Shown: positions 1 to 10,418, counted from the first letter of the stretch. The stretch: 64,000 nucleotides of DNA from an uncultured Bacteroidaceae bacterium (GCA_964426915.1 CAYRTD010000002.1:5059-69058), one strand, 5' to 3'. The notes: generated by a model from the sequence alone, not told the origin. Numbers and translations are program-made.

Positions 1-674
1 TACATGCAAGGGAAATGACGGAAATCCGTGTTGTTGTAATTACAGGTGAGGGAGATAAGGCATTTTGCAGCGGTGGTGATCAGAATGTTAAGTCTTATGC
101 CGGTTATGTTGGTAAAGATGGTGTGCCAAGGCTTAATATACTTGATGTTCAAAAACAAATCAGGTCCATACCAAAACCGGTTATTGCCATGGTGAATGGA
201 TATGCTATTGGAGGCGGACATGTATTGCATGTGGTTTGTGACCTGTCCATTGCCTCGGAGAATGCCAGGTTTGGTCAGACCGGACCTAAGGTCGGAAGCT
301 TTGATGCAGGATTGGGATCATCCTACCTTGCAAGGCATGTGGGTCAGAAAAAGGCACGTGAGATATGGTACCTGTGCGAACAATATTCTGCTAAGGAAGC
401 ACTTGATATGGGATTGGTGAATAAGGTGGTTCCTCCCGATCAACTTGAAAATACCACTGTTGAATGGTGTAAAAAGATCATGCAGCACAGTCCTATAGCA
501 CTAAGGATGATCAAGGCCGGATTGAATGCCGAACTTGACGGTCAGATCGGTATCCAGGAACTTGCAGGAAATGCTACAATGCTTTATTACATGACAGAAG
601 AGTCGCAGGAGGGCAAGAATGCTTTTCTTGAAAAGCGTAAGCCTGATTGGGATAAATTTCCAAAACTTCCGTAA
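1..674 (+). CDS. menB: 1,4-dihydroxy-2-naphthoyl-CoA synthase, 5' end cut by the window edge
   Basis: The frame is open from nt 3. [37 protein letters not shown] and [14 protein letters not shown] are crotonase-fold MenB signatures. The ATG at 15 is internal. menA, menC and menE follow. Confidence 0.9.
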   Translation, partial: HAREMTEIRVVVITGEGDKAFCSGGDQNVKSYAGYVGKDGVPRLNILDVQKQIRSIPKPVIAMVNGYAIGGGHVLHVVCDLSIASENARFGQTGPKVGSFDAGLGSSYLARHVGQKKAREIWYLCEQYSAKEALDMGLVNKVVPPDQLENTTVEWCKKIMQHSPIALRMIKAGLNAELDGQIGIQELAGNATMLYYMTEESQEGKNAFLEKRKPDWDKFPKLP

Positions 675-676
675 CT

Positions 677-1579
677 ATGGCGAATTTAAGGATCTGGATA
701 AAAGCTTTTCGGCTCAGGACCCTTCCCCTGGCTTTGTCTGCAACTATTCTCGGAAGTTTCCTGGCATACGAGAAGGGAAACTTCAAATGGGAGGTACTTC
801 TGTTCGGGTCGCTTACTACACTCTTTCTGCAGATACTTTCTAACCTTGCCAATGATTATGGAGATGCACTAAAAGGTACCGACAGCAGGAACCGGGTCGG
901 ACCACTCCGCGTTACACAGTCGGGCCTGGTTACCAAGTCCCAGATAAGAAGAGTGATTATCCTGTTTATCCTGTTGAGCCTGATTTCTGGAAGTGTGCTA
1001 ATATATTCCGGCCTTAAGGATGCCGGTTCAGTTCTTTATTTTCTTTTCTTTATTCTCGGATTCACGGCGATCTTTGCAGCCATAAAATATACAATTGGGA
1101 GAAGACCTTATGGTTATGCCGGTTTCGGTGATATAATGGTTTTTATCTATTTTGGTATTCTGGGTGTGGCAGGTACTTACTTTCTGCATACCCTTTCATT
1201 TCACCTGAGTATCCTTTTGCCTGCTTCAGCCATCGGCCTCTTCAGCGTCGGAGTGCTGAATCTGAATAATCTCAGGGACAGGGAGAACGACAGGGCGAAC
1301 GGTAAAATGACACTTGTGGTCAGGATGGGGCTTAACTGGGCCAGGATATATCATGTATCCATACTTTTCGCAGGTTTCGCACTGAGCTTCATTTATACAC
1401 TTACACATTTCAAATCTGTATACCAGTTTATGTTTGTGCTTGCCCTTCCGCTTCTTGTTTCAGATGTAAAAACGGTATGGACAACCACTGTTCCGCTGGA
1501 ACTGAATTCAGAGCTGAAGAAACTGGCTGTGAATACACTGATTTTTTCAATTTCTTTTGGAATCGGACTTATCATTTGA
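677..1579 (+). CDS. menA: 1,4-dihydroxy-2-naphthoate polyprenyltransferase (UbiA family)
   Basis: 300 aa and hydrophobic throughout. UbiA-type Asp-rich motifs are LANDYGDALKG and NNLRDRENDRANGK. The start is 2 nt after the menB stop. Confidence 0.9.
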   Translation: MANLRIWIKAFRLRTLPLALSATILGSFLAYEKGNFKWEVLLFGSLTTLFLQILSNLANDYGDALKGTDSRNRVGPLRVTQSGLVTKSQIRRVIILFILLSLISGSVLIYSGLKDAGSVLYFLFFILGFTAIFAAIKYTIGRRPYGYAGFGDIMVFIYFGILGVAGTYFLHTLSFHLSILLPASAIGLFSVGVLNLNNLRDRENDRANGKMTLVVRMGLNWARIYHVSILFAGFALSFIYTLTHFKSVYQFMFVLALPLLVSDVKTVWTTTVPLELNSELKKLAVNTLIFSISFGIGLII

Positions 1580-2634
1580 TGTATACAGCTGATTATATAA
1601 AACATTCCTTATATTTTAAGTCGCCGGCGGGAACTTCCCGGGGTGTGTTATCAAAGAAAAACTCCTGGTTTATTGTGCTCTCAGATATCGCTGATTCCGG
1701 TTTGAAAGGTATAGGGGAATGCTCGCTGATCCCGGGATTAAGCTATGATGACAAGGATGACTTTGAAACAAAATTGGGGGAGGTTTGCGATCTTCTCAAT
1801 TCCGGAGAAAATCCCGAAGCTCTCTCTTTGGATAACTTTCCTTCCATACAGTTCGGAATTGAAACAGCACTGAAGGATTTTGAAACAGGAGGTGAGCGGA
1901 TACTGTTTCCTTCAGATTTTACCCGGGGCGAATCGGGAATACTCATCAACGGACTAATCTGGATGGGTAGTAAACAGAAGATGCTGGATCAGATAAGCGA
2001 TAAAATCACTCAGGGATACCGGGTTATCAAAATGAAAGTGGGGGCTCTAAACTTCAGCGATGAACTTGAGATCCTGCATACTGTTAGAAGTAAATTTGGC
2101 GGGGAGAGACCGGAGATCCGGCTGGACGCAAATGGCGCATGGGAACCTGCCGAGGCCCTTGATAAGATCAACAAGCTTTCTGAATATAACATTCACTCAA
2201 TTGAACAGCCGATAAAAAGTGGGAGATGGGAGGAGATGGCCGGGCTATGCAAAATGTCACCCATTAAGATAGCTTTGGATGAGGAATTAATCGGAATTTC
2301 AGATTTTAGGAGCAGGAGGGATCTGCTCGAAACCATAAGACCTTCTTACATCATTCTTAAACCCGGATTGCATGGTGGCTTTAATGTGGCCGAAGAATGG
2401 ATTGCACTTGCAGAACAGATGAAGATAGGGTGGTGGGTCACATCGGCACTCGAATCGAATATAGGTCTTAATGCTATCGCACAATGGACAGCTTCATTGA
2501 ATTCTTCCCTCCCTCAGGGTTTGGGTACAGGGCAACTCTTTACGAATAATATTCCTTCGCCCCTGGCAATAAAGGGAGATAGGTTGTGGTATCTTCCGGC
2601 AGAAAGCTGGAAGCTTTCAAAAATTTTACTTTGA
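1579..2634 (+). CDS. menC: o-succinylbenzoate synthase (enolase superfamily)
   Basis: 351 aa from ATG 1579, which overlaps the menA stop as TGATG. The ORF-track start at 1477 lies inside menA. The pattern IKMKVG ... RLDANGAW ... IEQP ... ALDEE fits metal-ligand spacing of the MR/MLE family. The gene sits in the men operon. Confidence 0.8.
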   Translation: MYTADYIKHSLYFKSPAGTSRGVLSKKNSWFIVLSDIADSGLKGIGECSLIPGLSYDDKDDFETKLGEVCDLLNSGENPEALSLDNFPSIQFGIETALKDFETGGERILFPSDFTRGESGILINGLIWMGSKQKMLDQISDKITQGYRVIKMKVGALNFSDELEILHTVRSKFGGERPEIRLDANGAWEPAEALDKINKLSEYNIHSIEQPIKSGRWEEMAGLCKMSPIKIALDEELIGISDFRSRRDLLETIRPSYIILKPGLHGGFNVAEEWIALAEQMKIGWWVTSALESNIGLNAIAQWTASLNSSLPQGLGTGQLFTNNIPSPLAIKGDRLWYLPAESWKLSKILL

Positions 2635-2658
2635 CTTTTATTAGCAATAGTCCCAGGA

Positions 2659-3738
2659 ATGAAATTAACCGGACCATTTATTATAAACGACAAGGTCTTT
2701 TCAAGGAATGATCTGCTTTCCATGGCCGGAGATATTGTAAATTCCGGCAGGGAAGAAAAGTGGAGGAAGGATCTGTTCAGCTTTATCACAGACTTTTTGG
2801 GAGAAAGTGCAGCCTTAAGCCAAAAAACCAGCGGCACCACTGGTAAACCCCGCAATTTGACACTTAGAAGAGACGCAATGGTCAGATCTGCCAGGATGTC
2901 CCTGGATTATTTTAGGTTACTTCCTGGCGATTCGGCAATGCTCTGCCTTCCGGTGGATTATATTGCCGGAAAAATGATGGTGGTAAGGGCACTGGTCGGC
3001 GGGTTGAAGCTGCTAACGATAAAACCCACCGGAAAACCTATGGAGCTCCTTGATCGGCCTGTGGATTTTTCGGCTATGGTCCCCATGCAATTATTTGAAT
3101 CCCTTAAAAATCCGGGGCAGATTCAACTGATTAAAAAATTAATTGTGGGGGGAGGAGAGATTGGGCCTGGTTTCCGGAAAGCTATCAGAGAGATTGAAGG
3201 AACAGAAATATATGAAACATTCGGTATGTCTGAAACATACACCCATTTCGCTGTCCGGCGAATTAACGGTCCCGGTCCCGAAGTTAATTTCAGAATACTG
3301 GAGGGTGCAAAGGTAGGTGCCGACTCCAGGGGTTGTGCCACTGTAGACATCCCCGGGATAACAGAAGGAAAGGTTGTTACCAATGATCTTATTGAAATGA
3401 AGGATCACAATAGCTTTGAATGGCTCGGGCGGATTGATAATGTGATAGACAGCGGAGGAATAAAGATCATTCCCGAGGTCCTTGAAGAAAAGATACGAAG
3501 TATTATCGGTCAGGAGCTTGTGATAACGGGTATTTCCGATGATAAGCTCGGGAAAAAAATTGTGCTGATAGTAGAGAGTGATTCGAAGGATCTGCCAATA
3601 GATGAATGGAAAGGTTTACTCAGGACAAAGCTAAAAAATTATGAAGTTCCCCGTGCTATTTATGCTATCCCTGAATTACCAAGAAATGCGGCCATGAAGG
3701 TGCTTCGAAAAGATGTTTTAGGGTTGTTGGATAATTGA
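2659..3738 (+). CDS. menE: o-succinylbenzoate-CoA ligase (short AMP-binding enzyme)
   Basis: 359 aa. Adenylate-forming motifs are TSGTTGKPR, YETFGMSET and DSGGIKI, and a C-terminal Lys lies in AAMKVLRK. The gene sits in the men operon. Confidence 0.8.
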   Translation: MKLTGPFIINDKVFSRNDLLSMAGDIVNSGREEKWRKDLFSFITDFLGESAALSQKTSGTTGKPRNLTLRRDAMVRSARMSLDYFRLLPGDSAMLCLPVDYIAGKMMVVRALVGGLKLLTIKPTGKPMELLDRPVDFSAMVPMQLFESLKNPGQIQLIKKLIVGGGEIGPGFRKAIREIEGTEIYETFGMSETYTHFAVRRINGPGPEVNFRILEGAKVGADSRGCATVDIPGITEGKVVTNDLIEMKDHNSFEWLGRIDNVIDSGGIKIIPEVLEEKIRSIIGQELVITGISDDKLGKKIVLIVESDSKDLPIDEWKGLLRTKLKNYEVPRAIYAIPELPRNAAMKVLRKDVLGLLDN

Positions 3739-3774
3739 TATGCCCGTGATGCCTCCCGTTATGATGATATATTT

Positions 3775-4053
3775 TTGAAGCCCGGTAAAAAATACTATAT
3801 TGAGTACCGATTTGAGGACCCTGATAATGGTGAACTTGATATTTCAATAGAAATAATGAAGGAAAGTAATGATCTCCGGCAGGGAGGCGACATTGAGAAC
3901 CGTCCGGCATCACCTGGATTTGACCTTATTTCCAAAACGGAAAGTATAGCTGAGTTTATCAGTCCGTTAGAAATGGGACCCTATCGTATTTTTATTTACG
4001 CAAATGATAATCATAACCATACTGCATCAGTAAATATTCCTTTTTTTTATTGA
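3775..4053 (+). CDS. hypothetical small protein (92 aa, TTG start only)
   Basis: The ORF lies in the same frame as menE, directly after its TGA, with no ATG or GTG before TTG 3775. Its stop (4051-4053) abuts the start of the large ORF. No family was recognised. Confidence 0.35.
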   Translation: MKPGKKYYIEYRFEDPDNGELDISIEIMKESNDLRQGGDIENRPASPGFDLISKTESIAEFISPLEMGPYRIFIYANDNHNHTASVNIPFFY

Positions 4054-4055
4054 AG

Positions 4056-7000
4056 ATGAAAATTAAACAGTCTTTTATTTCAGATGAGCCTTTAAAATTG
4101 ACAGACAAAAAACCCTCAGGAAAAATCGTTAGTATAGGCGGAGAAGAATTCTATAAACTGGAAAACTACGACAGAATGCCTCCCTTCCTTATGAGCATAG
4201 TGAGCGATTCTGATCACTGGATGTATATATCAAGTACAGGAGGGTTGACTGCCGGAAGAAAAAATCCTGATCTGGCAATTTTCCCCTATTATTCCGACGA
4301 TAAAATCCATGAATCTCATCATACAACAGGAGGGAAAACCATCCTTAGGATTACCGGAAACAATAAAAATCTTGTCTGGGAACCTTTCTCATCACAATAC
4401 GAATATATTTATAAGTGTTCAAGGAATCTTTATAAACATATAACAGGGAATCAACTAATATTTGAAGAAATAAACCATGACCTGATGATGAGCTTCAGCC
4501 AAAGCTGGATGAATAGTGAAAAATTTGGCTGGATCCGGAAAACTGAAATTACGAATCTAAGTTCAGAAAAACGTGACTTTGTATTGCTGGACGGGATCCT
4601 TAATATTCTGCCTTATGGGATCCTTAAAACCACCCAGGAGCAATTTTCCACCCTGATGGATGCCTATAAAAAAAGTGAACTTGATACTGAAACGAATCTC
4701 GGGATTTTCAGCATGTCTTCTATCCCGGTCGACAGGGCCGAACCCAGCGAAGCGCTTAAGGCAACCACAGTTTGGTCTACCGCTGACGATGTCGGCAATG
4801 TTCTTCTAAGTTCCCGACAGATCGATAATTTCAGGGTCAGTGGTGTCCTGGAACAGGAAATCCTGAAAAAAGGTGTTCGTAGCGCATATCTTATTGAAAG
4901 AAAGCTAATTCTTGATTCCGGAGAGTCGGATTCCCATATGATCATCGCGGAAGTGGATCAGGATAGCAGAAATGTTATGAATTTACGTGAAAGTATAAAA
5001 AATAGTACTGCTTTAGGAAATGATATTTATGAGGATGTGTTATCGGGAACCCGCAGACTGATAGACATGGTATCAAGGGCTGACGGGACCCAGCATATAG
5101 GTGACCGGCTCATCTCTACACGACATTTCTCAAATGTTCTTTTCAATATTATGCGCGGAGGAATATTTGAGGATGATTATTCCATTAGTAAAAATGAATT
5201 GAAAGAACATATCCTGAACTATAATCCCGGGCTTTTAGAAAAACATGAAAAATGGATAATCACCTTACCCGGAGAATTCAATTATATCGAACTAATCGGA
5301 GAGGTTAAGGATAAGAAAGATCCTGATCTTTACAGGCTGGTACTGGAATATATGCCATTGACTTTCAGCAGAAGACATGGTGATCCCAGCCGCCCATGGA
5401 ACCGTTTTTCCATCGATATCAAAAATCCCGACGGGAGCAGATCCCGATCATATGAAGGTAACTGGCGTGATATTTTCCAGAACTGGGAAGCCTTGTCATT
5501 CTCTTTTCCCTTTTATCTTCACGGCATGATCGCAAAGTTCCTGAATGCATCCACTGAAGATGGTTATAATCCTTACAGGATAACCAGTCATGGCATAGAT
5601 TGGGAAATTCAAGAGCCGGATAACCCCTGGTCTTTTATTGGTTACTGGGGTGATCATCAGGTGATTTATCTACTTAAACTGATGGAATTGTTGGAAGATT
5701 TCTTTCCCGGATCTTTGCAGGGAATGTTAAACAATGAAATATTCGTTTATACAAATGTCCCTTATCGGATCAGGCCGTATGAGGATATATTGAAAGATCC
5801 TTATAACACCATAGATTTTGATGAGGATTTGCATCACATCCTCATGAACCGCGCTGAACAGATGGGTGCTGACGGGAAACTGGTAACCGGTACATCTGGA
5901 AGCATAGTATATGCCAGTCTGGTCGAAAAACTTCTGGTCGCCATCTTAACCCGGTTAAGTAACTTTATTCCGGGTGGGGGAATATGGATGAATACCCAGC
6001 GACCAGAATGGAATGATGCGAATAATGCACTGGTGGGCTACGGCGTTTCTATGGTTACTCTGGCTTATTTAAGAAGATACATCGCTTTCTTTAAAAATTT
6101 GCTAAAATCTTCAGAGTTAAAAGAATTCAAGGTTGCCAAAGAAGTGGCGGATTTCTTCAGAGAGATTGGAAAAATATTTAAAGAGAACAGGCCGATTCTT
6201 ACTTCTCCTGCTGATGGCAGGCAAAGAAAAAAATTAGTTGATAAACTGGGAACTGCCGGCTCGGATTACAGGACCAGGGTTTACAATGGTTTTTCAGGAG
6301 AAAAAGAATATGCAGATCCGAAAGAACTCATGGAATTTCTTGAACTATCCCTTGAGTCACTTGAGAAAACCATTGAGATGAATCAGCGCCCCGATAAACT
6401 ATTTCATTCTTATAATCTTATTGAAATAGAGAGGGATAGTATTGAGATAAAGAATCTGCAACTCATGCTTGAAGGGCAGGTTAGTGTGATCAGTTCAGGT
6501 CTGTTGGAACCTGAAGAAGTAATAAGACTTTTGACAAATTTGAAAAGCAGTGATCTGTACAGAGAAGATCAGGACAGTTATATGCTTTACCCTGAAAAAG
6601 AATTGCCGGCTTTTCTGGAAAAAAATAATCTCCCGGAAAACTATCAGAAAAAATATCCTGTCCTCAGAAAACTTCTCGAAAAGGGGGGATATGGAATTAT
6701 TAACCAGGATATAAACGGCATTATTCATTTTTGTGGTGAGTACAAAAATGCCAAGATCCTTCAGGAGCGTATCAGTAAGCTGGAAGAAACAAAGAGACTC
6801 CGGCTTGGTAAAGAGGAAAAAGAAGATCTTTTCCGTATTTATGAAGAATTATTTAATCATCATTCCTTTACAGGACGTTCAGGAAGTTTTTATAAATATG
6901 AAGGACTTGGTTCTATTTACTGGCATATGGTATCGAAACTTCTTTTTTCGGTAGGCGAATATCTCAGGAATATTGAGGGTAATAAAGAATATTCAGAACA

Positions 7001-7457
7001 TTACAAACAGCTTAAAAAGCATTTTTATGAGATAAGGGAGGGTATTGGCGTTCACAAAAATCCCGCTGATTACGGAGCTGTGCCTACCGATCCCTATTCA
7101 CATACCCCTTCCATGCACGGAGCTCAGCAGCCGGGGATGACCGGGCAGGTAAAGGAAGACATCCTGTCACGCTGGATTGAGCTTGGCCTGGAAATAAAAG
7201 AGGGTGAAATACACATCAGTAAAAATATGTGGAAACAGAATGAGTTCAGAGAGGACGGGACCCTGAGTTTTACCTATTGTGCAGTTCCGTTTACCTATGT
7301 GCCGGGAGAGGAAGATTTCATTTTAATAACAGATGGTGACGGAAAAGAACACAGGATGATCGGAAATATGATTGAGAAAAGCTACAGTGATACTATATTC
7401 AGCAGAAGCGGAAAGGTAAAAAGCGTAATGGTTTATTATAAAAATCATCTGGCATGA
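4056..7457 (+). CDS. large hypothetical protein (1133 aa), possibly with an (alpha/alpha)6 glycoside-phosphorylase-like core
   Basis: Uninterrupted 3.4-kb ORF. The ORF-track start 4050 is TTG overlapping the upstream stop, and the first ATG is at 4056. There is no Walker A and no obvious signal peptide. Motifs GNWRDIFQNWEAL and QRPEWNDANNAL resemble GH94-type cores (recalled from memory). Confidence 0.85.
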   Translation: MKIKQSFISDEPLKLTDKKPSGKIVSIGGEEFYKLENYDRMPPFLMSIVSDSDHWMYISSTGGLTAGRKNPDLAIFPYYSDDKIHESHHTTGGKTILRITGNNKNLVWEPFSSQYEYIYKCSRNLYKHITGNQLIFEEINHDLMMSFSQSWMNSEKFGWIRKTEITNLSSEKRDFVLLDGILNILPYGILKTTQEQFSTLMDAYKKSELDTETNLGIFSMSSIPVDRAEPSEALKATTVWSTADDVGNVLLSSRQIDNFRVSGVLEQEILKKGVRSAYLIERKLILDSGESDSHMIIAEVDQDSRNVMNLRESIKNSTALGNDIYEDVLSGTRRLIDMVSRADGTQHIGDRLISTRHFSNVLFNIMRGGIFEDDYSISKNELKEHILNYNPGLLEKHEKWIITLPGEFNYIELIGEVKDKKDPDLYRLVLEYMPLTFSRRHGDPSRPWNRFSIDIKNPDGSRSRSYEGNWRDIFQNWEALSFSFPFYLHGMIAKFLNASTEDGYNPYRITSHGIDWEIQEPDNPWSFIGYWGDHQVIYLLKLMELLEDFFPGSLQGMLNNEIFVYTNVPYRIRPYEDILKDPYNTIDFDEDLHHILMNRAEQMGADGKLVTGTSGSIVYASLVEKLLVAILTRLSNFIPGGGIWMNTQRPEWNDANNALVGYGVSMVTLAYLRRYIAFFKNLLKSSELKEFKVAKEVADFFREIGKIFKENRPILTSPADGRQRKKLVDKLGTAGSDYRTRVYNGFSGEKEYADPKELMEFLELSLESLEKTIEMNQRPDKLFHSYNLIEIERDSIEIKNLQLMLEGQVSVISSGLLEPEEVIRLLTNLKSSDLYREDQDSYMLYPEKELPAFLEKNNLPENYQKKYPVLRKLLEKGGYGIINQDINGIIHFCGEYKNAKILQERISKLEETKRLRLGKEEKEDLFRIYEELFNHHSFTGRSGSFYKYEGLGSIYWHMVSKLLFSVGEYLRNIEGNKEYSEHYKQLKKHFYEIREGIGVHKNPADYGAVPTDPYSHTPSMHGAQQPGMTGQVKEDILSRWIELGLEIKEGEIHISKNMWKQNEFREDGTLSFTYCAVPFTYVPGEEDFILITDGDGKEHRMIGNMIEKSYSDTIFSRSGKVKSVMVYYKNHLA

Positions 7458-7755
7458 AGACTTCCGGATTAACCATTATATTAATCCTGTTTAGTGCGGG
7501 TTTTTTATTTTTATGACCTTGGGAGGAGGGTGTCTTAGATGTAACTCTTTAATTTAAAGGTACCAATTCTCCAGTTATTTTTTGTTTATCGCAAACTATT
7601 TGCTGGGGACTATAAAATCCCTGGTTGAATAGAAAGGGTACTCCTCTTAAGTGCCTCCTTCTTTCAGTAAAATTCTGATTACTTTCACTGCCAGGAATTC
7701 GGTGATTCCCTATCAGTAATCCGGTCAAATTCGTTAGGTTTTAATAAAATATGCA

Positions 7756-7763
7756 TATATTTG
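7756..7763 (+). promoter_or_regulatory. candidate Bacteroidota -7 promoter box (TATATTTG = TAnnTTTG)
   Basis: Exact TAnnTTTG match 26 nt upstream of ATG 7789. It is embedded in the inverted repeat TATGCA-N6-TGCATA (7752-7769). Confidence 0.45.
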
Positions 7764-7788
7764 CATAATAATATATATGTATAAATAT

Positions 7789-8037
7789 ATGAAGATAAAA
7801 AAATTAGAACTCCGGTCCGGAAACAAAGGAATAAAAGCTTTGATTCATACACCACATATCAGGAAGACTATAATAAGCATATTCATTGGAGCAATTGCCG
7901 GCTTTGGCTTTTTTTACTTTACAGAGGGACGGCTTATGGACAGCATATTATTCCAGGATGCTATAAAAAGTGTGCTTATAGGTGGCTTTTTTGGTTTTTT
8001 TATTACCAACAGTCCCTGTGCAAGAAACAGATGTTAG
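7789..8037 (+). CDS. small membrane protein with a C-terminal CxxxxC tail
   Basis: 82 aa from ATG 7789 (an alternative ATG is at 7777). It has two hydrophobic Gly/Phe-rich helices (IFIGAIAGFGFFYF and VLIGGFFGFFI) and ends in SPCARNRC. Its stop overlaps the stop of the convergent TonB receptor by 4 nt. Confidence 0.55.
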   Translation: MKIKKLELRSGNKGIKALIHTPHIRKTIISIFIGAIAGFGFFYFTEGRLMDSILFQDAIKSVLIGGFFGFFITNSPCARNRC

Positions 8038-10418
8038 GATTTTCCCTGGCCTGTAAAATTCCCCAATCTTAATCCAAAATAAACAGTCCTGGGAGAAACA
8101 GGGCCATACATGTAGGCAGGGTCCCGGTTTATACCTCTGTCGAAATCGGACTGATATGCATTGAAAACATTTTTAATACCTGCAAACCATTGCATGTCAA
8201 TCCCATTTATTTTTATTGTATGTTTAATCTTAATTCCCAGGTCAAAAAATTCTTCCGACTTTCTAAGTTCCCCTGTTTCCGGATCTGCTTGAGGACCAAA
8301 GTAGGGAACAAGCATACTGCCTGTATAATTACCTGTCGCTGACAGACAAAAACTTTTTGCGAAATCCTTGTCTATCACAAAATAACCGTAGGTATTCGGA
8401 GTGCGGAGAAAACGCTTTTCATTAAATTCCTGCCGGATGTCGTATTTGCTTGACTGGAAGGTGAATCCGGAAGTTAATGTGAAATCTCCTATTGGTTTAA
8501 GTTTGAATTCCATGTTCACTCCCTGAACGGTTGCTCCATTTTCCGCATTTACTCTTGTATATAGCACAGTTCCATCTTCGTCAGGCTCACCGATCTCATT
8601 CACGAAAGGATCCTGTAGTCGCGTATAAAAAAATTCGGCTAAGAAGCCTGTAAAGGCAGTGCCGATCAATCCGTTAAAGTCGAGTGAAGCCATCAGGCTG
8701 TGGCTGGTTTCTTGTTTGAGATCAGGATCGTTTACGTTAATAACCTGTCTTGAACCAGAAGTTTCGATGTGCAGGTCCTCATCAAAGATCTGGGGAGCCC
8801 GGTAACCCTGTGAATAGCTCATTCTGGCCTGTAATTCATTTAATATTCCGTACATAACGCTAATACGCGGACTAAATACATTTCCGGTTTTACTTTTGTC
8901 TCCCTCCCTGGCTAGATCTCGTATTTCATAATGGTCATACCTGGCTCCGATTGCTATTTTAGTCCTGTTTATATCGAGCTCATATTGTGTAAAAACTCCC
9001 GAAGTAATCGACGACTGGTTGGCTACCAGTGTATTTCCCACATGTGGAATTTCAATGATGGAATCATTGATTATGGCGTTATCATAATCGGGATACCCTA
9101 ATTTTTTATCGATCAAAAAACTTCCTGTATTTTCAACTCCTGTAATTACGGAAGCATTATCAAAAACAGCTTTATAATGTGCCCCGAAATTATAGGTTCT
9201 ATCCTTAGAATTTCCGTAATCACTAAGAGACTTATTGGCTCCATAATACGAATCACGATTAAGGAATTGTCCGGAAGCATATACAGATAAAAGATCATAG
9301 TCGCGGAAGTACTGATCAAAGCTTATAGCGGCAGTATTTAAATTATGTTTTACTGCTTCGGCCACATCGCGTTCATGCAAAGGGTAATCGTGCTTGTTTC
9401 CACCCTCTCTTTCTTCCTTTATGGTGAAAACATCGAGAGACAATTTGTTACGATTTCCTAAGCGATGAAACAATCTGGCTCCTGCTGTTAAATTATTCAT
9501 AGGAGATATTTCTGAGAACCCATCACCATTTGCATCAAACATCTTTCTGTTCCGGCTAAACCCGAAAACTGAGGCCCCCGATCGGGAATCTCCAGAGACA
9601 ACAGAAGTATTAAAATTCAGGAAATAATCAGGTGCCACCCCCCCCGATTCTTTTATTCCGGTTCCCACAGCGCTGTATGTAGAGCCGAATTCGTAACTGT
9701 TGGTAACGGGATCTTTTATTATGATATTAATGGTTCCGGCAATGGCGTTGCTGCCGAAAAGTGAAGATCCGCCTCCACGGACTACTTCTACTTTTTCTAT
9801 CATGTTGGCCGGGATCAGTTCCAGTCCGTATACTCCTGCCAAACCGCTGAAAACGGGGCGGCTATTGATTAAGATCTGTGAATAGGGACCTTCCATTCCA
9901 TTCATGCGGACCTGGGTAAAACCACAATTCTGGCAGTTATTTTCAAGTCGCAAACCTGGAGAGAAGTTAAGTCCCTCACCCATTGTAACCGACTGAGAAG
10001 TCTGGAAAATTGCGGGAGAAATTGTATTTACTATAATCGGAGCTTTAGTTCTTTTTTGTTCGCTTCTATCGGCCGATACAATAACTTCCTCAAGGTTCAG
10101 AATATCTTCTTCAAGACTAAACTTTATTTCTTTGGTTATATTTTCCTCAAGGCTTATAGTATGTTCTTCAGGTTTATACCCCACAATCCTGGCCACAACC
10201 GTTACTTCTTTAGCCGGCAGGTTTACCAGCTGGTAGTGACCTGTTTCATTAGTGAGGGTTCCAATGGTTGTTCCTTTTATAAATACATTAGCATAAGGAA
10301 GATGTTCTCCGTTTGAAGTTACATGACCTACGATATTTGCGTCTGTTTCAGTCTTTTGAGAGTGAATGGAAATAGGCAGATATAATAAAAGACCAATAGC
10401 AAAAAATAACTTATACAT
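8034..10418 (-). CDS. TonB-dependent outer-membrane receptor with CarboxypepD_reg-like N-domain
   Basis: 794 aa. Signal peptide, then IVGHVTS..GEHLPYANVFIKGTTIGTLTNETGHYQL (carboxypeptidase-regulatory-like fold), a plug region containing NCQNCGFTQVRMNG, and a long beta-strand-rich barrel. Confidence 0.9.
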   Translation of the reverse strand: MYKLFFAIGLLLYLPISIHSQKTETDANIVGHVTSNGEHLPYANVFIKGTTIGTLTNETGHYQLVNLPAKEVTVVARIVGYKPEEHTISLEENITKEIKFSLEEDILNLEEVIVSADRSEQKRTKAPIIVNTISPAIFQTSQSVTMGEGLNFSPGLRLENNCQNCGFTQVRMNGMEGPYSQILINSRPVFSGLAGVYGLELIPANMIEKVEVVRGGGSSLFGSNAIAGTINIIIKDPVTNSYEFGSTYSAVGTGIKESGGVAPDYFLNFNTSVVSGDSRSGASVFGFSRNRKMFDANGDGFSEISPMNNLTAGARLFHRLGNRNKLSLDVFTIKEEREGGNKHDYPLHERDVAEAVKHNLNTAAISFDQYFRDYDLLSVYASGQFLNRDSYYGANKSLSDYGNSKDRTYNFGAHYKAVFDNASVITGVENTGSFLIDKKLGYPDYDNAIINDSIIEIPHVGNTLVANQSSITSGVFTQYELDINRTKIAIGARYDHYEIRDLAREGDKSKTGNVFSPRISVMYGILNELQARMSYSQGYRAPQIFDEDLHIETSGSRQVINVNDPDLKQETSHSLMASLDFNGLIGTAFTGFLAEFFYTRLQDPFVNEIGEPDEDGTVLYTRVNAENGATVQGVNMEFKLKPIGDFTLTSGFTFQSSKYDIRQEFNEKRFLRTPNTYGYFVIDKDFAKSFCLSATGNYTGSMLVPYFGPQADPETGELRKSEEFFDLGIKIKHTIKINGIDMQWFAGIKNVFNAYQSDFDRGINRDPAYMYGPVSPRTVYFGLRLGNFTGQGKS

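Noticed and set aside
7466-7487. Possible terminator hairpin GGATTAA..TTAATCC after the 1133-aa gene
   Set aside because: The stem is AT-rich and weak, and the T-run starts more than 10 nt away. That is not strong enough to call.
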